64,000 nucleotides of DNA from NCBI RefSeq assembly GCF_009914755.1, contig NC_060933.1, one strand, 5' to 3'. The notes below the pieces were generated by a model. That model saw nothing but the letters and a program-made list of their open reading frames with translations, was not told the origin of the DNA and searched no databases. Origin of the DNA: the human T2T-CHM13v2.0 reference genome, Homo sapiens. Positions 17,395 through 32,320 of this stretch are shown piece after piece. Each line of letters opens with the position of its first letter. Position 1 is the stretch's first letter. The translations under genes were made by a program, and so were the position numbers.

Positions 17395-17705
17395 TTTGTT
17401 AATCAGTTCTATGGCAGGGACTAGGAAACATGCTGGGTATACCAGAGGGGAGCAAAACAGACATTATCCCTGCTCTGATGTTACTTCCAGTGTAGCACTG
17501 TAGTAGAATATATACAAGGAATAGGAAATTATATAATTTCTATTTGCATAAATACAATTTTCATGTGAGAAGTATTATGAAGAAAATTAACAGAATAATG
17601 AAATAAAATTAATGGTAGGTTAGTAGGATGCTATGTAGAGTGTTTGCCAGAGAAGCTCTCACTAGAGAGGTATCATTTAAGCTAAGATTGGGAGGATAGG
17701 AAAGC
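17395..17705 (-). mobile_element. L2 fragment
   Basis: gcaaaacagacattatccctgctctgatg...ccagagaagctctcactagagaggtatcatttaagctaag. Confidence 0.55.
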
Positions 17706-18646
17706 AAAATACTTATTACTGTTTTTTCATGGTGGCCATTTACTATAGCTCTTGAATTTATAGCAATTCAATGAAAGAATAAATAGATATAAAATGTATA
17801 ATACTTGAGGAGACAAAAGTATTATTACTTGTAGATAATATGTCTACATATACACCCATACAGGAAGAAGATAAGCTAATTATTAGGATTAAGAAATATA
17901 ATTCAGCAAAGGGATCAGACATAGGATAAGCATTTTTTTAATCAATGGCTTTCTTATATACTAAAAGTAAGCAAGTAGGAGATGAATGGGGGTAATATTT
18001 CCCATTATCAATAATGACAAAAGTCAGAAAATATTTAGTAATAATTTTCACAAGAAAAGTTTACATAAAGAAAATTACAAATATTTACTTGATGATATTA
18101 AAGTAATACTTGTATTGGTGGAAAATTATACCAGCTCCTGTGTGGGAAGACAAAGAAAATATCTTAAAGGTATCATTTCTTCCCTAATTTGTAGTTTTAT
18201 AGCATTTCAAGTATAAGCACTTGTATAACTTTGAAAAAATAATTTAAAAATCTAGATTAAAAATGTGTGTAATAGGGGAAAAACTTTCTCTGACCATTAG
18301 TAAAGTGTATTACAAAATCACAGAGATTACAATAGTGTGGGGTTTGAGTAAGAAAAGCCTGGTTCATCAAAGGAGCAGTAGAGTTAGACCTAAAATAAAT
18401 CTTACTATATATAAAAATGTATTATATAATAAATATTATAAATAATGAAGAACAAGTTATTCAGTGCAGGATATTGAAAACAGTTTTATTTTTACTTCAT
18501 ACTATACATAATTAAGTATTTAAAAATAATACTCTGAACAACTAGACATTTCTGTAGATGAGTATTGAACTGACATTGAGATAGGAAACTGCATATTAAG
18601 TCTAAAAATGTAGAAAATTTTAACTGTTCAAAAGTTATGGGCTTAA

Positions 18647-19600
18647 GAAATCATAAACAGAGTAGACAACCTACAGAATGGGAGAAAATATTTGCAAACT
18701 ATGCATTCGACAAAGGCGTAACATCCAGATCTATAAGGAACTTAAACAAATTAACAAGCAAAAACCTAACAACCTGATTAAAGGATATGAACACACACTT
18801 CTCAAAAGAAGATGTACATGTGGCCAACAGGCATATGAAAAAATGCTCAACATCACTATCATTAGAGAAATACAAATCCAAACCACAATGAGTTGCCATT
18901 TCATGTCAGTCAGAATGGCAATGATTTAAAATGTCAAAAAACAACAGATGCTGGTGAGGTTGCAGAGAAAAAGGAACACTTTTACACTGTTGATGGGAGT
19001 GTAATTAGTTCAACCATTGTGGCGATTCCTCAAAGATAGAGAGGCAGAAATACCATTTGCCCCAGCAATCCCATTACTGGGTATATACCCAAAGGAATAT
19101 AAATCATTTTGTTATAAAGGTACATGTATATGTGTTCATTGCAGCATTATTCACAATAGCAAAGACATGGAATCAACCCAAATGCCCATCAATGATAGAC
19201 TGGATAAAGAAAATGTGGTACATTTTCACCATGGAATACTATGCACCCATATGAAAGAATAAAATCACATCCTCTGCAGCAACATGGATGCAGCTGGAGG
19301 CTGTTATCCCAAATGAACTAATGCAGGAACAGAAAACTAAATACTGCATATTCTCACTTATTAGTGGGAGCTAAACATTGAGTACACATAGACACAAAGA
19401 AGGAAACAATAGACACCAGGGCTACTGAAGGGTGAAGGGTGGGAGGAGGGTGAGGACTGAAAAACTACCTATTAGGTACTATGCTCATTACCTGGATAAT
19501 AATCTGTATACCAAACCCCTGCAACATGCAGTTTACATCTTGTAACAAACCTACACATGTACCCCCTGAACCTAAAATAAAAGTTGGAAAGGAAAAATAA
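18647..19600 (+). mobile_element. L1P 3' end (old L1PA, ~L1PA15/16-like)
   Basis: Frameshifted ORF2 C-terminus ([28 protein letters not shown]) and 3'UTR; degenerate TSD ttatgggcttaa 18635-18646 / ttatgagcttaa 19603-19614. Confidence 0.88.
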
Positions 19601-21599
19601 CATTATGAGCTTAAAGCAAACAAAAATAAAAGATCCTTGACAGATTGGGAAAAGATGTTTAGGGAACAATAAAAATATTTTTAAAACCTCAGTATCTGTG
19701 AAGCCCAACAAAGAATAAGACAGTAATGAACAATAGATGAAATGGGCAAGGAACATAAGCAGACATTTCAAAAGATTAAAAAAAGCTTATCTTCATTAGT
19801 AATTCAGGAATAAATATTAAAATAACATGCCATTTTCACCTATCAATTAATAAATATATACTTTAAAAAATGTTTAAATGCAGTGACAGATATAGTTTAA
19901 AAGGCACTCTAACATCCTGTTATAGAAATGAACATTGGTGTGACCTTTCTGCAAAATAGGTTGGTCATTTGTGTAAGATTTTTAAGAGTTCATATCTTTG
20001 GTTGATAATTACAGTTGAGGGGAACTCAACAGAATAAATTAATCAAAGCTGCTAACAAAGATTTAGGTATATGAATGCTAGTCATGGCATTATTTATAAC
20101 CAGAAAAACTTGAAAACAACTAAAATGTGCAACAATAGAGAATTATGTTAAGTACTATATTTATATGATAATATGTTCCTTTCAAATTAAATGTTTTTGA
20201 AGAATGTTTAATTACATGGATAATGTTCACAAAATTTTAAGTAAAAATGATCAAATTATTAAGTAAAAATAAAACTAAATACAAACTATGACCAAAAATT
20301 TCCAAATACAGTATATATGAAGGTGAATGGATACATAGAAAAAAATTAAAATATTAATTAAACTATAATTATTTCTGTGTAGTAACATTAGGAATATTTT
20401 CTCTTTGCTATATTATTCTGTAGTTCCTAATTATTTTAAATCTTTATCATGTATTCATTGATGTCCAGGAAAGTCATCTAATAACAAATAACATTAACAA
20501 TAAAAATGTATACAATAAGGATTTTGTAACAATAATCATTCTTTACCGGATCAAATGAATAATCTATATGTACATAATTAAATTTAGGAGGAAACATAGA
20601 ACTTACAAATTTTTACTGCTAATTTTTATAGCTGTAACCCTTAAGTAAAGCAAGTTTACAGTTAAACACCAGTAAAAACTGTGTAAAGATTTATAATTTT
20701 GTACTAATTAAAGATAATTTCTCACATTTCTTGACAGAATGGGGTTATACTACATTTTTTAAATCATATTATAAATGAAATCATGTTTCAAAGTAATAAT
20801 CTACTCACTATGATTTTCACAATGTTATTAGAAGAAATCAATTGAGCATGTTCTTCTGTTTTGGTGCTATCATTATAACAGCAGCCTTTACAGGAACACC
20901 CTCTGTCCCCTTTTCTGTGTATGCAAATTATCAAAGTCTTGCCCCTGAGATAGTGATGCTTCCTACTGAAAGACATCAGAAAAATTCTTAATTCTAGCGA
21001 GCTAATCTTCCCTTGTAATGTGCTCTTCTCTGGCTTTAGCCATGAACTGTATTCTCAGGGTTGAGTCTCTTTGATTGGTGGAAAGAATGCATATTTCTAA
21101 TTATCCGATAGTAAAAAATAAATCTCTAACATACTGTGATGCCTAACATGAAGTTCCTTTGAAAACAACTGAAAATAAACATCTGCATCAAATTCTTATC
21201 GTTTTCGCTCTTAGTTATTTTGTTTTTTGTTTTAACGTTTGGACTCAACTTTCCCCAAGTTGCTCAAAGATTCAGATAATTGACCGAAGACACCTGAGGC
21301 TGAGAAATGTGCTAGTAGTTGATATCTGGCATGTTATCAGGGGAAGAGAGGATGGATCGACCCTTCCGAAAAATACCTTTAAAATTTAAACTAGCTTCAT
21401 TTCTCATAGGCTTCCCTGTTTACTCTGGAATACTCTTGTTATCACAGAGAAAATAAGTATTAAATATTTTCTATGTCAATTCTGGAATGAATGAATAATT
21501 AGAGATTAACAGGGGTATAAGTCATTCAGATTTAACCTCGTCAAAGAGTAGTTCTCAGTTTTCATTCTGAAATAGTTTCAAAAATAAGTATAAGCAGGG

Positions 21600-21800
21600 C
21601 TTAATGTTTATAAAAGCTCTTCCACATCACATATCAATTTATTCGTTCAATGAACACGGGAAATAGGTAAGATTGTATCATCATTATTCTCATATTATGG
21701 AAGAGGGACAAGAGATTCAGAGATATGTGCTTTGCTCCAGGTCACAGAGTTATAGGCACAAGAGAAAGGATTAAGATCCAGTTCTTCTGACCCCACTGTA
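21600..21800 (-). mobile_element. MIR
   Basis: attattctcatattatggaagaggg...gattcagaga...ccaggtcacag...gatccagttcttctgac. Confidence 0.6.
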
Positions 21801-22999
21801 CAACATTTTTTATCTATTAGACACCCAAATATCCAAATGCAAGTTGTAATTCATTAGTACTTCTCATAAAACAAAAAGAAATCCTTGACTGTACTAAATT
21901 CCTGGGTATCAAATCACAAATCAGTATTTTTTAAGAAAATTAAGTTTAATTTATGCCAAGTACTTACATTGGTATCAATTTATATTTTCGTGACTCATAT
22001 CACAAACCATGTCATTCCTTTGAATATGGAAAGCCCGAGTAGAATATTTATGAAAAGCATTTAACTCTATGGAATGAAAGGAATGACCCAGTCCCTGGAT
22101 AATTGCAGGATTTAATTCTACAGAATTGTTACTGGTAGTAGATGCTGACCTTTAATTCACAGTTCCTAAATACACTCCCTAAGCAGGAGTATAATTATAT
22201 AAGGTACGTTTCAAGCCAACATTAAAAAAAAACTAAGATTTGTGGGAAATATAATACAAGAATGTAAGAGAGAGTTTCACAAATGCATTTAGTGCCGGAC
22301 TAGAGAAGAACATGTCCAGGCTTCACCCCTTGAAACAGACTCAGTCTGAGAAATTAAGAAATTGTGTACATCTCTGGAACCAGAAAACTAGGGACTGTAC
22401 CATTGAATCAGAAAACTTAACCAGTTGTCTCTGATTATCAGTGCTTCTCCATGGGATGGCAGAAACACTGTATCTCACTTTTGCGTATTTATTCATTAAA
22501 AGAAAATGGAAAAAATATCAAAAATGAGAGATGTAAGAACTTTCATTGCAGTAAATGCTGTAAGAGAAAAAATGTTAATAACTCATTCAATTCAGAATCA
22601 GAAAGAATGAGCAGTGAGAATAGGATATTTCACTTGAATAGAGCAATGATGCACAATACACCAGAAGATGGAGGAAACTATGACAAAATTTGGAATGGAA
22701 ATAATGCATCTATTTTTCCTCTAGTTGAGGACAAAACTAATAATCAGATTTGTTGTTCATCTGATAAGGGAGACTAAAAGCAACCAATTTGTTATCAAGT
22801 CTAAATTAATTTTGCTTAGTTGGAAGATGGATCAAAAGACAGAGACAAAACTAAATCCATGAGGGCTCTAGTAAATCAGTGCACAACAAGGGAAAAAGTG
22901 TTATTCTGAATAGTTAAAGATAAGTTTACCTGAGAAAATAACTGTAGAATTCAGAATATTTCGTAAGACCTAGCTTCCTCACTAGAAAGCAAGAAAAGA

Positions 23000-23501
<502 letters not shown>

Positions 23502-23837
23502 CTAGAAAAGCTAGACAAAGTAAAAACAATGTATGTTTGAAGGCATTGGAGGATTACTAAAATAGAAGGGATTTGCAGGAAAAAAAAATCTGGGAAATAA
23601 GTTAACCTTGCATTTGGCACTTTTTTTCTCAAGACAGTTTGCTGATTCTGAAAGTGTCAGCCTAGAGGTTGAGAAATTGATCTCAACTTGTAGCAGACTA
23701 ACAGGGCTGGTGGTGTGAGAAATGAAGTTCAGAGTACACCAATGGGGAGAGACCCTGGTCTACACTTTTCAGTAGGGACAATGAAAGGCTACAATTTAAG
23801 AATAAGAATAAATTCAAAAGGGAGCAGCTCTGCATAG

Positions 23838-24000
23838 CAGGTGCCAACAAATGTTTTAGCTTTTCTATAAAGGACCAGATGATAAATATTTTAGACTTTG
23901 CAGGCTTCACACTCAAATCTGCTATTGTAGCATGAGAGCAGACATAGACAGTATGTAAACACCTGGGCATGGCTGAATGTTCCTCTATTTGCAAAACAGG
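23838..24000. mobile_element. MER58A-like fragment
   Basis: ttttctataaaggaccagatgataaatattttagactttgcaggc. Confidence 0.7.
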
Positions 24001-24169
24001 CTCAGAATCCTGTCCTTTTTTGGAAGGTATTGTTGAATAGGTTATTGGCTAGGATGCCAGGGTCAGATTGGCAGCTAGAATAGTAGACACCTGCTTCCTA
24101 AGGGGTGATGGAAGGTGAAGGCAACGAGAGATTTAGGTAACTTCTGCTGCAGTTTGGGGTTATTTCTTG

Positions 24170-24662
24170 TGTGGTAGGCAGAATAATGCCCTACCCAACA
24201 TGTCCAAATTGTAACCCCAGGAACCCGTCAACATGTTGTAATGTGGCAAAGGTTGCAGATGGAATTAAGGTAGCTGATCAACTGACCCAAAGACAAGGAG
24301 ATTACCTGAATTACACAGGTGGGTGCAATATAATCATAAATGTATTTAAAAGAGGAAGAGGAAGGCAGAAGAGAGAGTTAGAATAGATAGGGAGACGAGA
24401 GTATGGAAGCAGTGACCAGAATTATGCAATGTGAGAAAGTCTTGATTAGCCATTGCTGGTTTTGAAGATGGAAGTGGGCCATGAGATGAGAAACGCAGAC
24501 AGCCTCTAGAAGTTGGAATATGCAAGAAAACAGAATCTCTTCTAGTGCCTCCAGAAAGGAGCACAGCCTGATTTTATCCACTGGGACTCACTTGGTACTT
24601 CCAACCTCCAAATTTGTAAGGTAATAAATTTGTTGTGTTTGTGGCAATTTGTTATAGCAACA
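24170..24662 (+). mobile_element. MLT1D-like MaLR LTR
   Basis: tgtggtaggcagaataatg...gcagatggaattaaggt...ggttttgaagatgga...ctagtgcctccagaaagga...ggcaatttgttatagca. Confidence 0.85.
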
Positions 24663-25169
24663 CTCCTCTTACCTGGGGATGGAGCTGACAATGCAGGTGG
24701 GGTAAAAGGAGACCCATGGATTGGCAGAAGGAGGAATGCAGAGATGGAGAATTAGGCTGGAACCAACACTACTCACTTGGTTTGCAACTGAATTATGCAA
24801 ACCAACAAGGTATCGGTTTTATGAATGCTGTATTCTAATAATTCAAATCAAGAACAATTACCCCACTCTGCATAATCCTGCATGATTTAATGTTTCTTTA
24901 AAATGAGAACGTCCATAATTAACTCATTTATTTATCCAGCCCCCGTTATTTTCATCCTGCTCTTTGTCAGATGAGATTATGACTTATAATAATAAAAAAT
25001 AAAAATTGCTTCTTGTGAAAAAAGAAGTCTATCCATAAGACCTGAAGCTGAATAAGTCTCATTACATATAAATTCGCAAAGTGGCAATCGTGACAGGCAT
25101 TATTTCACCTTTGTAGGCACAAAATGGTGACATGAAGAGCAAGAGAGAGAAACATGAATGTTACTGAAT

Positions 25170-25615
25170 TATACCACTCTTGCCTTGTTTTAAAAGATAC
25201 TTGAGACTGGGTAATTTTTAAAGAAAAGAGGCTTAATTGGCTCAAGATTCTACAGGATGTATAAAAAGCATAGTGCTGTCATCTGCTTCTGCGGAGGCCT
25301 CTGGGAGTGTACAATGATGGTGAAAGGCCAAGTGGGGGAACTTGCCTGTCACATGGCCAAAGCAGGAACAAGAGAAAGTTGTTGAGGGGTGGGGTGGGGG
25401 GAGGGGGGAGGGTAGCAGGTGCTGCACACTTTTAAATGACCAGATCTTGTGTGAATTCATGGCAAGAACTCACTTATCATCAAAGGGATGGCCCAAGCCA
25501 TTCATGAGGAATCCAACCGCATGATCCAAACACCTCCCACCAGGCCCCACCTCCAACATTGGGAATTATATTTCAACGTAATATTTGAGCAGGGACGAAC
25601 ATTTAAACTATATGA
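25170..25615 (-). mobile_element. MSTA/MSTB MaLR LTR
   Basis: tgagactgggtaattt...aagaaaagagg...atgatccaaacacctcccaccaggccccacctccaac. Confidence 0.85.
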
Positions 25616-27159
25616 GTTACCTTGTATAAGTCCTTCAATTTAGAAAAACTGGATGTCAAAATAGGATGCATCCTTAGCTTTTGACTAAGGCGTAAAGACT
25701 GGATGGTATGTTCCAAGGTGAGTGGGTTTAGTTAAACAGCTTATACATATTGAGGCTATAAGAGGTTAAGGTGATTGGAGACGACAAAATTTCTTTGTGT
25801 AGAACTCTGATTCCTAACCAACCTGGGAGGGGTGAGGGGCATGGGATGAGTGAGTTTTCCTCACTTCAGGTCTACTGAGGGGGGCCAGATTCTTTCCTGC
25901 ATTTGGAAGACACTGTGGACTGATGCCTGGTCTGTGCCAGAGACTATCAAAGAGGGAGATGCTAACTGAAGCTGCTCATGGAAGAACAATAAAGGCTAAA
26001 TTTTGAAAACAATGCATTTTCCTCCAATAAAGAGCCAAAGGAGATCCTGGGGAACAGGCATGGAATCCATGTCTATCACAAGAATGCTGGCCTGCGGTCA
26101 CTGAAAATAACATTTTGCCCAAAAAAGTGTCTACCAGAGTACAAGGGGAATCTTGTAGAAACTAAGGGTGAAGCACTGGGTGCAGAAACTGAAGGATACC
26201 TGTAGTGGCCAGCTGAAGGAGAGCCTCTACCAGGTCAAGAGAACTATGGTTAGGAAAAGCCAGCAGGAAGTCATCAATGGATGCTAATAGCACCTCAAGT
26301 GCTAGAGTAATTTTTAAACATCCACCAGGCCCATGAGATAATTTGTATCAGCAGTTAAGTGTGAAGTTTCCTAAACCTGCCCCAAAACCTGCTTTTTTTT
26401 TTTTTTTTTTTTTTTTTTGCCTCTTCTTGCTCTGAGCCCAGAGGGTCAGAAAAGAGTAGTGGCTGCCCCTTGAATCTGGTGAGAGAGCCTCCGAGGGTGC
26501 CTCACAGAGACAGTTATGGTTCCTTGCCTGAGTAATCTCAAGGCTAGAGGCTATGGCTACTGGCCTGTTGCAGGAGAAAGGGAGAGAGAGAAGATAAAAG
26601 ACTGAGCTAGAGTTGGGGTTATATATTTGAAGGTCATAGGATGTAGCTGAATGCATGAGACTGTGCAAGATTCCCCAGGGAACTGCTACCGTCCCCCAGA
26701 ATAGAGGAATACAGATATTGAAGCCGTGAAAAATGCCACCACTTAAATGGTAGAAGTAAAGAAGGAGTTTATTTTAATATAAACGGGTCCTCATCAAGCC
26801 TTCCTTTTGGTCAAAGGCCCCCATTTATGAGTTCTCTGCCTGACACCAGGGTTTCAGTCTGTGATCCTGTGAGAGGCCATGAGTAAAAGGCCACCTAGTA
26901 GCTAGATCCACAGGCTCGATGTTATCAGTCTGGAGAATTAATGAATGGAGCCATTTAGCCAGAGATGTAAAGGGAAATAGAACTACTATGGAGTGAACTT
27001 AGAGTAATTTATTAGTCCTTTGAATCACACTCTCATTTGCTTTTATATATGAATAGTAATACTGCCAGTAATATTTTGTAGAATTCAAGTCAATGATAAT
27101 AACTTAGTAGCAATAACTACAGTTTACTTGTCTATACTTTCCTAGGCCATGACTAAGTT

Positions 27160-27212
27160 TTTTATTTATTTTTATTTTTATTTATTTATTTATTTATTTG
27201 TTTATTTATTTT
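27160..27212. repeat. (TTTA)n microsatellite
   Basis: Directly visible. Confidence 0.9.
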
Positions 27213-28199
27213 TGCACAATACTGTTAAGTTTTCCTGAAACAAAGAAGGGGAAAAATGTATTGACCAAGGACACGAATTAGGTCCTGGCAGAGAATTCTT
27301 ATTTTTCATGCATAGCATCAGTGAATAGTTTGTTCCAGCCTATTAATTATTTAAATAGTTATTATCTATGTTTGTCTTTCTTGCTTGAAATAAAAACTGC
27401 TGATCTAAGCTTATCTGCATCTTAACATCTTTTAGCAATACAGAGTGTGTACAAAACCTTTTTTTGGCAGAGCAGAAAGAGGAAGATGAATCTTACTATA
27501 AGCCAAGAAGCTGGCAGCATGTCCGTCATTTTTACATGAATTCTCCTTTAATTATGACAACGAACTTGTAAAAATAGATGTCTTACCTTTACTTTACAAA
27601 TGAAGAGACCAAGGTCACTAAGTTATTAAGTGGCAAGACTCTGGCTATAATTCCAATGTCTGATTCTAGAACCTACAATGTAAAATATAGGCCCTCTATT
27701 CTTTCCATGATACCATCAGAAAATGCTTTATATATCATTTCTCATTTTATTTCTCCATATGCTAATGAAGTAGATAAGAATTAAATGCTGTATTGCCAAT
27801 TTTACAGACTGAGCATTTGTTGAACTGAACATAAGAGTCAGTCTAGGGAATCCAATGAGCCAATAAATTTTAACCCAAAGAAAAGTAAATGTGATCTGAA
27901 ATGTATTCTATTTTGAACCATGATTCCCTTGTTGTAGTATGCTGAAAACATGTCCTCCTCTGCAAAAATTAATTTACTTATTAATGCCTGGAACCTATGA
28001 GTATTATCTTATTAAGCAAATGCATTTTACTTTCTGTGGCAAAATATATGATTAAGTTAAGGGTCTTAAAAGTCAGAGTTCATCCTGGATTAACTGGGTA
28101 AACCCTAAATGCAATGACATATTTTTATAAAAGACAGACTGAAAGAGATTTGAGACAAACTGTAAAGGAGAAGAGACACATATGTCAAACATATGTGCC

Positions 28200-31100
28200 C
28201 AAAAAGCTATTTCAGAATGAGACAATAGAATGGAGATCGATTAATAAAAGAAAGATAAAAGAGCACTTTATGTAGCTGAACAAAACCAAAACTTTTAAGT
28301 AGAAAAGTGTCCCCAGGATTTTTAAAAACCATACTAAATTTCAGGACAATAGTTAAAAGAAAATCCTAAAAACTTCTAGAGTGGAAACATATTTCTCCTA
28401 CAAAGGTAAAAAATGGATTTTTATTAGACTTTTCTAGATTCCAGAAGATAATGAAAATATGCCTTAAGCCATTCTTAAGGAAAATAATTTTGAATCAAGA
28501 ATTCCACTTCAGCTAAATTTGTGCATAAGGGGAAAAGTTAAGTGGATAAGTTAATTTCTCTCTCTCACATGCACTCTCAAAAATATAATTACTCAGGGAA
28601 ACCCCTTGAAATAGCAACTGAAGATATGCCAGTAAAACAGATAAATCCAAAAAGAACACAAGGGAAAATAAAACAGTGGTATACAATAAAACAAATAAAA
28701 ATAAAATTATATTGTTACAACTATGTAGTTGTCAATGTATAGTAAAAAAAAGCAACAACATGGAGCTAACAAAGGAAGTGGCAGGGTATAGAGAAAGAGA
28801 ATTACAAATATGATAATGTTATTGTTTAATTCAAGAGGAGGTTATAATACTAACCCTAGATATTGAGGGAAATAAATAAAAATAAAACTTTAAGTGTAGC
28901 CATCAAAGGGCACATAGAAAACCATCAAACCATTAAAGGAAAGAAAAATACAACAAAATTTGATTAGTCAATTCTAAAAAAGGTATTTAAAAAGGGGAAA
29001 ACCTCCAAGCAAACACAGTAAAAAGAAAATAAGATGCTAAGAATACCAATGTATCTCCAATCACAATAAATGTGAATGGATTAAATTTTCACATTGAGTC
29101 ATTCAGGACATAAGCATGGGCAAAGATTTCATGATGAAGACAACAAAAGCAAAAATTGACAAATCGGATCTAATTAAACTAAAGAGCTTCTGCACAGCAA
29201 AATAAACTGTCAACAGAGTAAGCAGACAACCTACAGAATGGGAAAACATTTTTGCAAGCTATGCATCTGAAAAAGTTCTAATTTCCAGCATCTATAAGGA
29301 ACTTAAACAAATTTACAAGAAAAAAAACAACCCCATTAAAAAATGGGCAAAGGACATGAACAGACACTTCTCAAAAGAAGACACACATGTGGCCAACAAT
29401 CACATGAAAAAAATTCAGTATCACTGATTATTACAGAAATGCAAATCAAAACCACAATGAGATACCATCTCACACCAGTCAGAATGACTATTATTAAAAA
29501 GTCAAAAAATAACAAATGCTGGTGAGGTTGTGGAGAAAAAAAGAATGTTTTTACACTGTTAGTGGGAGTGTAAATTAGTTCAACCGTTGGGGAAGACAGT
29601 ATGGTGATTCCTGGAAGACCTAGAAACAAATACCATTAGACCCAGAAATCCCATTACTGGTATATAACCAAAGGAATATAGAAAGTTCTATTATAATGAC
29701 ACATGCACACATATGTTTATTGCAGCACTCTTTACAATAGCAAAGACATGGAATCAACCTAAATGCCCATCAATAATACACTGGATAAAGAAAATATGGC
29801 ACATATACACCACAGAATACTGTGCAGCCATAAAAAAGAATGAGATTATGTCCTTTGCAGGGGCATGGATGGAGCTGGAGGCCATTATCCCTAGCAAATC
29901 AATGCAGGAACAGAAAATCACATACCACGTGTTCTCATTTATAAGTGGGAGCTAAAGGATGAGAACAAATGGACACATGGAGGGAAACAATGCACACTGG
30001 GTCCTGTTGGAGGCTGGAGAGTGACAGGAGGGAGACAATTAGGAAAAATAACTAATGCACACTAGGCTTAATCCCTAAGTGATGAAATAATATGTACAAC
30101 AAACTCTCATGACACACATTTACCTATGTAACAAATCTGCACATCCTGCACATGTACCCCTGAACTTAAGAGTTTTAAAAAACATTTCCACATTGAAACA
30201 GAGGGGTATATTGTACCAAAACTAGTCCAAATAGAGGTTGCTTAGAAACGATATACCAAAAATAACAACAAAAACTTACTCAATAACCAATCATTCCGAT
30301 GCTATATAAACCATTTCATGGCAGAGACAAATAAACATTTTTTTACTTCAGTACATGAGGCTTCTGTAATCTATATACAAAAACTAGATAGAGAAATAAA
30401 AATGAGAGAGAATTATAAATTTTATTATTAAATAGATGTAAAATCCTTAAATATTAAGAAAAATCTAATAATGTTTTAAAATCAAAATCCTTATCAAATG
30501 GTTTAGTCTCAGGAATACTAGAATGGTCAAACATTAAATAATTTCTATTAAAGCGAGTGACCACACTAACAGATTGAAAGAGGAAAAATCATATCATCAT
30601 CCCAAAAGATTCCAAAGAAGCATTTAATCAAATTAAATACTCATTCTTGATAAAATTTGCAGTAACCTAGAAAGAAGAAAATTTCTCAATGTAAGTGTCT
30701 CTACAAGAAAACAAAGCAAAATCACATTGACCCTTAAACATTTGGAAGCATTTGCAATAATAAAATATTTCAAATATGTAAAACTAAACCAAATGAGAAA
30801 CATGTAATACTGATATTAAAAACTATAAATCTTTCCTGAAAGACATAAGAGAAGTCCTGAACAAATGAAAAGGTACTATTTTAATGGAGGGAGAGAGTCA
30901 ATATTTTAGGTTGACAATTCTCACACATTAATAAATTCAGTGCAACACATACATGATTGTAAAATGAAATTTATGATGATGACTTTAAAACTAATATCCA
31001 ATAAGAAAATGCAGAAGAATGATAAAAATTTTGAACACAGAAAAAAAATTGATTTAATCACATGCAATTGAAAAATATTGAATTGTCACAAAAATTAAAA

Positions 31101-31860
31101 CCAGGCAGCAGTTTGGCATTATATTTTAAAATACTATTGCAAATATTAAATAGCTGATACAAATAAAATGAAAAAGACAGGGACATAAATAGTAAAAGGA
31201 GCAAAGGCCATAAACAGACAATTTACAGAAAAACAAAAATCATCAATAACAGGAAAAGATGCTCATAATATTTTGGGAAATTAGAGTTTGTGAGAGTACT
31301 ACTGTGAATCAGGCATTCTCATACATTTTTATTTCCAGTAGCATAAACTGGTAAAATGTTTGGGGAGAAATTTGTAAATATTAAAATCTGAAGTGCATGC
31401 ACACTTCTACCTAGTAATATTTATCTGTGTGCAGGAAAAGACATGTGCAAAGATGTTCATTACAACACTGTTCAAAATAGCAAAAAATTAAAGATAATCT
31501 AAATGATCATCATACAGCAATGGGTAAATAAATGATGGTATATTCATATTAGTTGTTCTATGTAACAATTAAAAAGAATGTGGTTTATCTATGTGAACCT
31601 ACACAGAAAGAAAGACATTAAGTGAACTTAAGGTATGTCTGATGCCATTTATTGAAAATGGACCACATATTTTATGTACCTATGGTAGTGTACAGCAAAT
31701 TTTATGTAAGGATGTACAGTAATATGTCAACAGTTGTCACCTCTGGAGAAAGTGGGATTGGTGGGAAAGTAGAAAATGGCAGTGAGGTCCATGTTTATTT
31801 TTTCTGTAAACATATCTCTATACCTTGAATTTTTCATAACATTATTTTGTAATAAACTAA
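28200..31860 (+). mobile_element. Ancient L1M remnant (ORF1 to ORF2 to 3' end), interrupted by a younger L1PA
   Basis: ORF2 start-like atcacaataaatgtgaatggattaaat at ~29060-29086; later gaaaaatcatatcatcatc...aagaagcattt, aaagatgttcattacaacactgtt. Confidence 0.6.
29098..30182 (+). mobile_element. L1PA 3' end (~L1PA13/14-like)
   Basis: ORF2 C-terminal peptides ([35 protein letters not shown]) and 3'UTR; TSD attttcacattga (29085-29097) / atttccacattga (30184-30196). Confidence 0.9.
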
Positions 31861-32320
31861 TAATATATACAACTGTGTTTATTTAAATACACACACAAAC
31901 ACATATACACATTACTAAGGAAATCTCTCATTCTTGATAGACAATGAAAAGAAAGAAATGTGCCAGTTCTTCCACTGAGGCCAACTAGAAAATCTGGATA
32001 AAATATATTACATATCCACTCATGGATACTAGACAGCCAACATGTTGTTGAATATTTACTAGGCTAGAGGAAGAGAGCTTTTGAGAATTTACTGATTGCA
32101 GAGGGCGAGTGTTGAGAGATTACAAACCTGAGTGACATTTTGAGAATCTCATAAAACTAAGGGGCTATGGACTTGAATTCCAGGGACCAACAAAAAGCAC
32201 AGACCCTGGTGAACTCCTTGACTTTGTCTTGGGATCTTAAAGAGTGGCAGCACTGAACTAAGAGGTAAATAGCACCCCTTCCCAATATGTCAGTAGCTTT
32301 GAGTCATCTCATTCACTCAT

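Larger units (their letters stand above)
16400..20420 (+). mobile_element. Ancient L1M (L1ME-like) ORF2/3' remnant hosting nested Alu, L2 and L1P insertions
   Basis: A-rich strand with decayed ORF2 motifs (gcaaaaatccctaataaaat, ttacttgtagataatatg, aattcagcaaag, aaatgggcaaggaacataagcagacatttc). Confidence 0.6.

Noticed and set aside
22451-22777. 108-aa ORF with a CxxC-like stretch
   Set aside because: No recognisable homology; A-rich composition suggests a chance ORF or decayed repeat. A tBLASTn/Dfam search would settle it.
26393-26418. Long poly(T) tracts (also ~37912, ~49974, ~58666) as solo poly(A) retro-insertions
   Set aside because: No convincing flanking TSDs or attached retroposed sequence seen.
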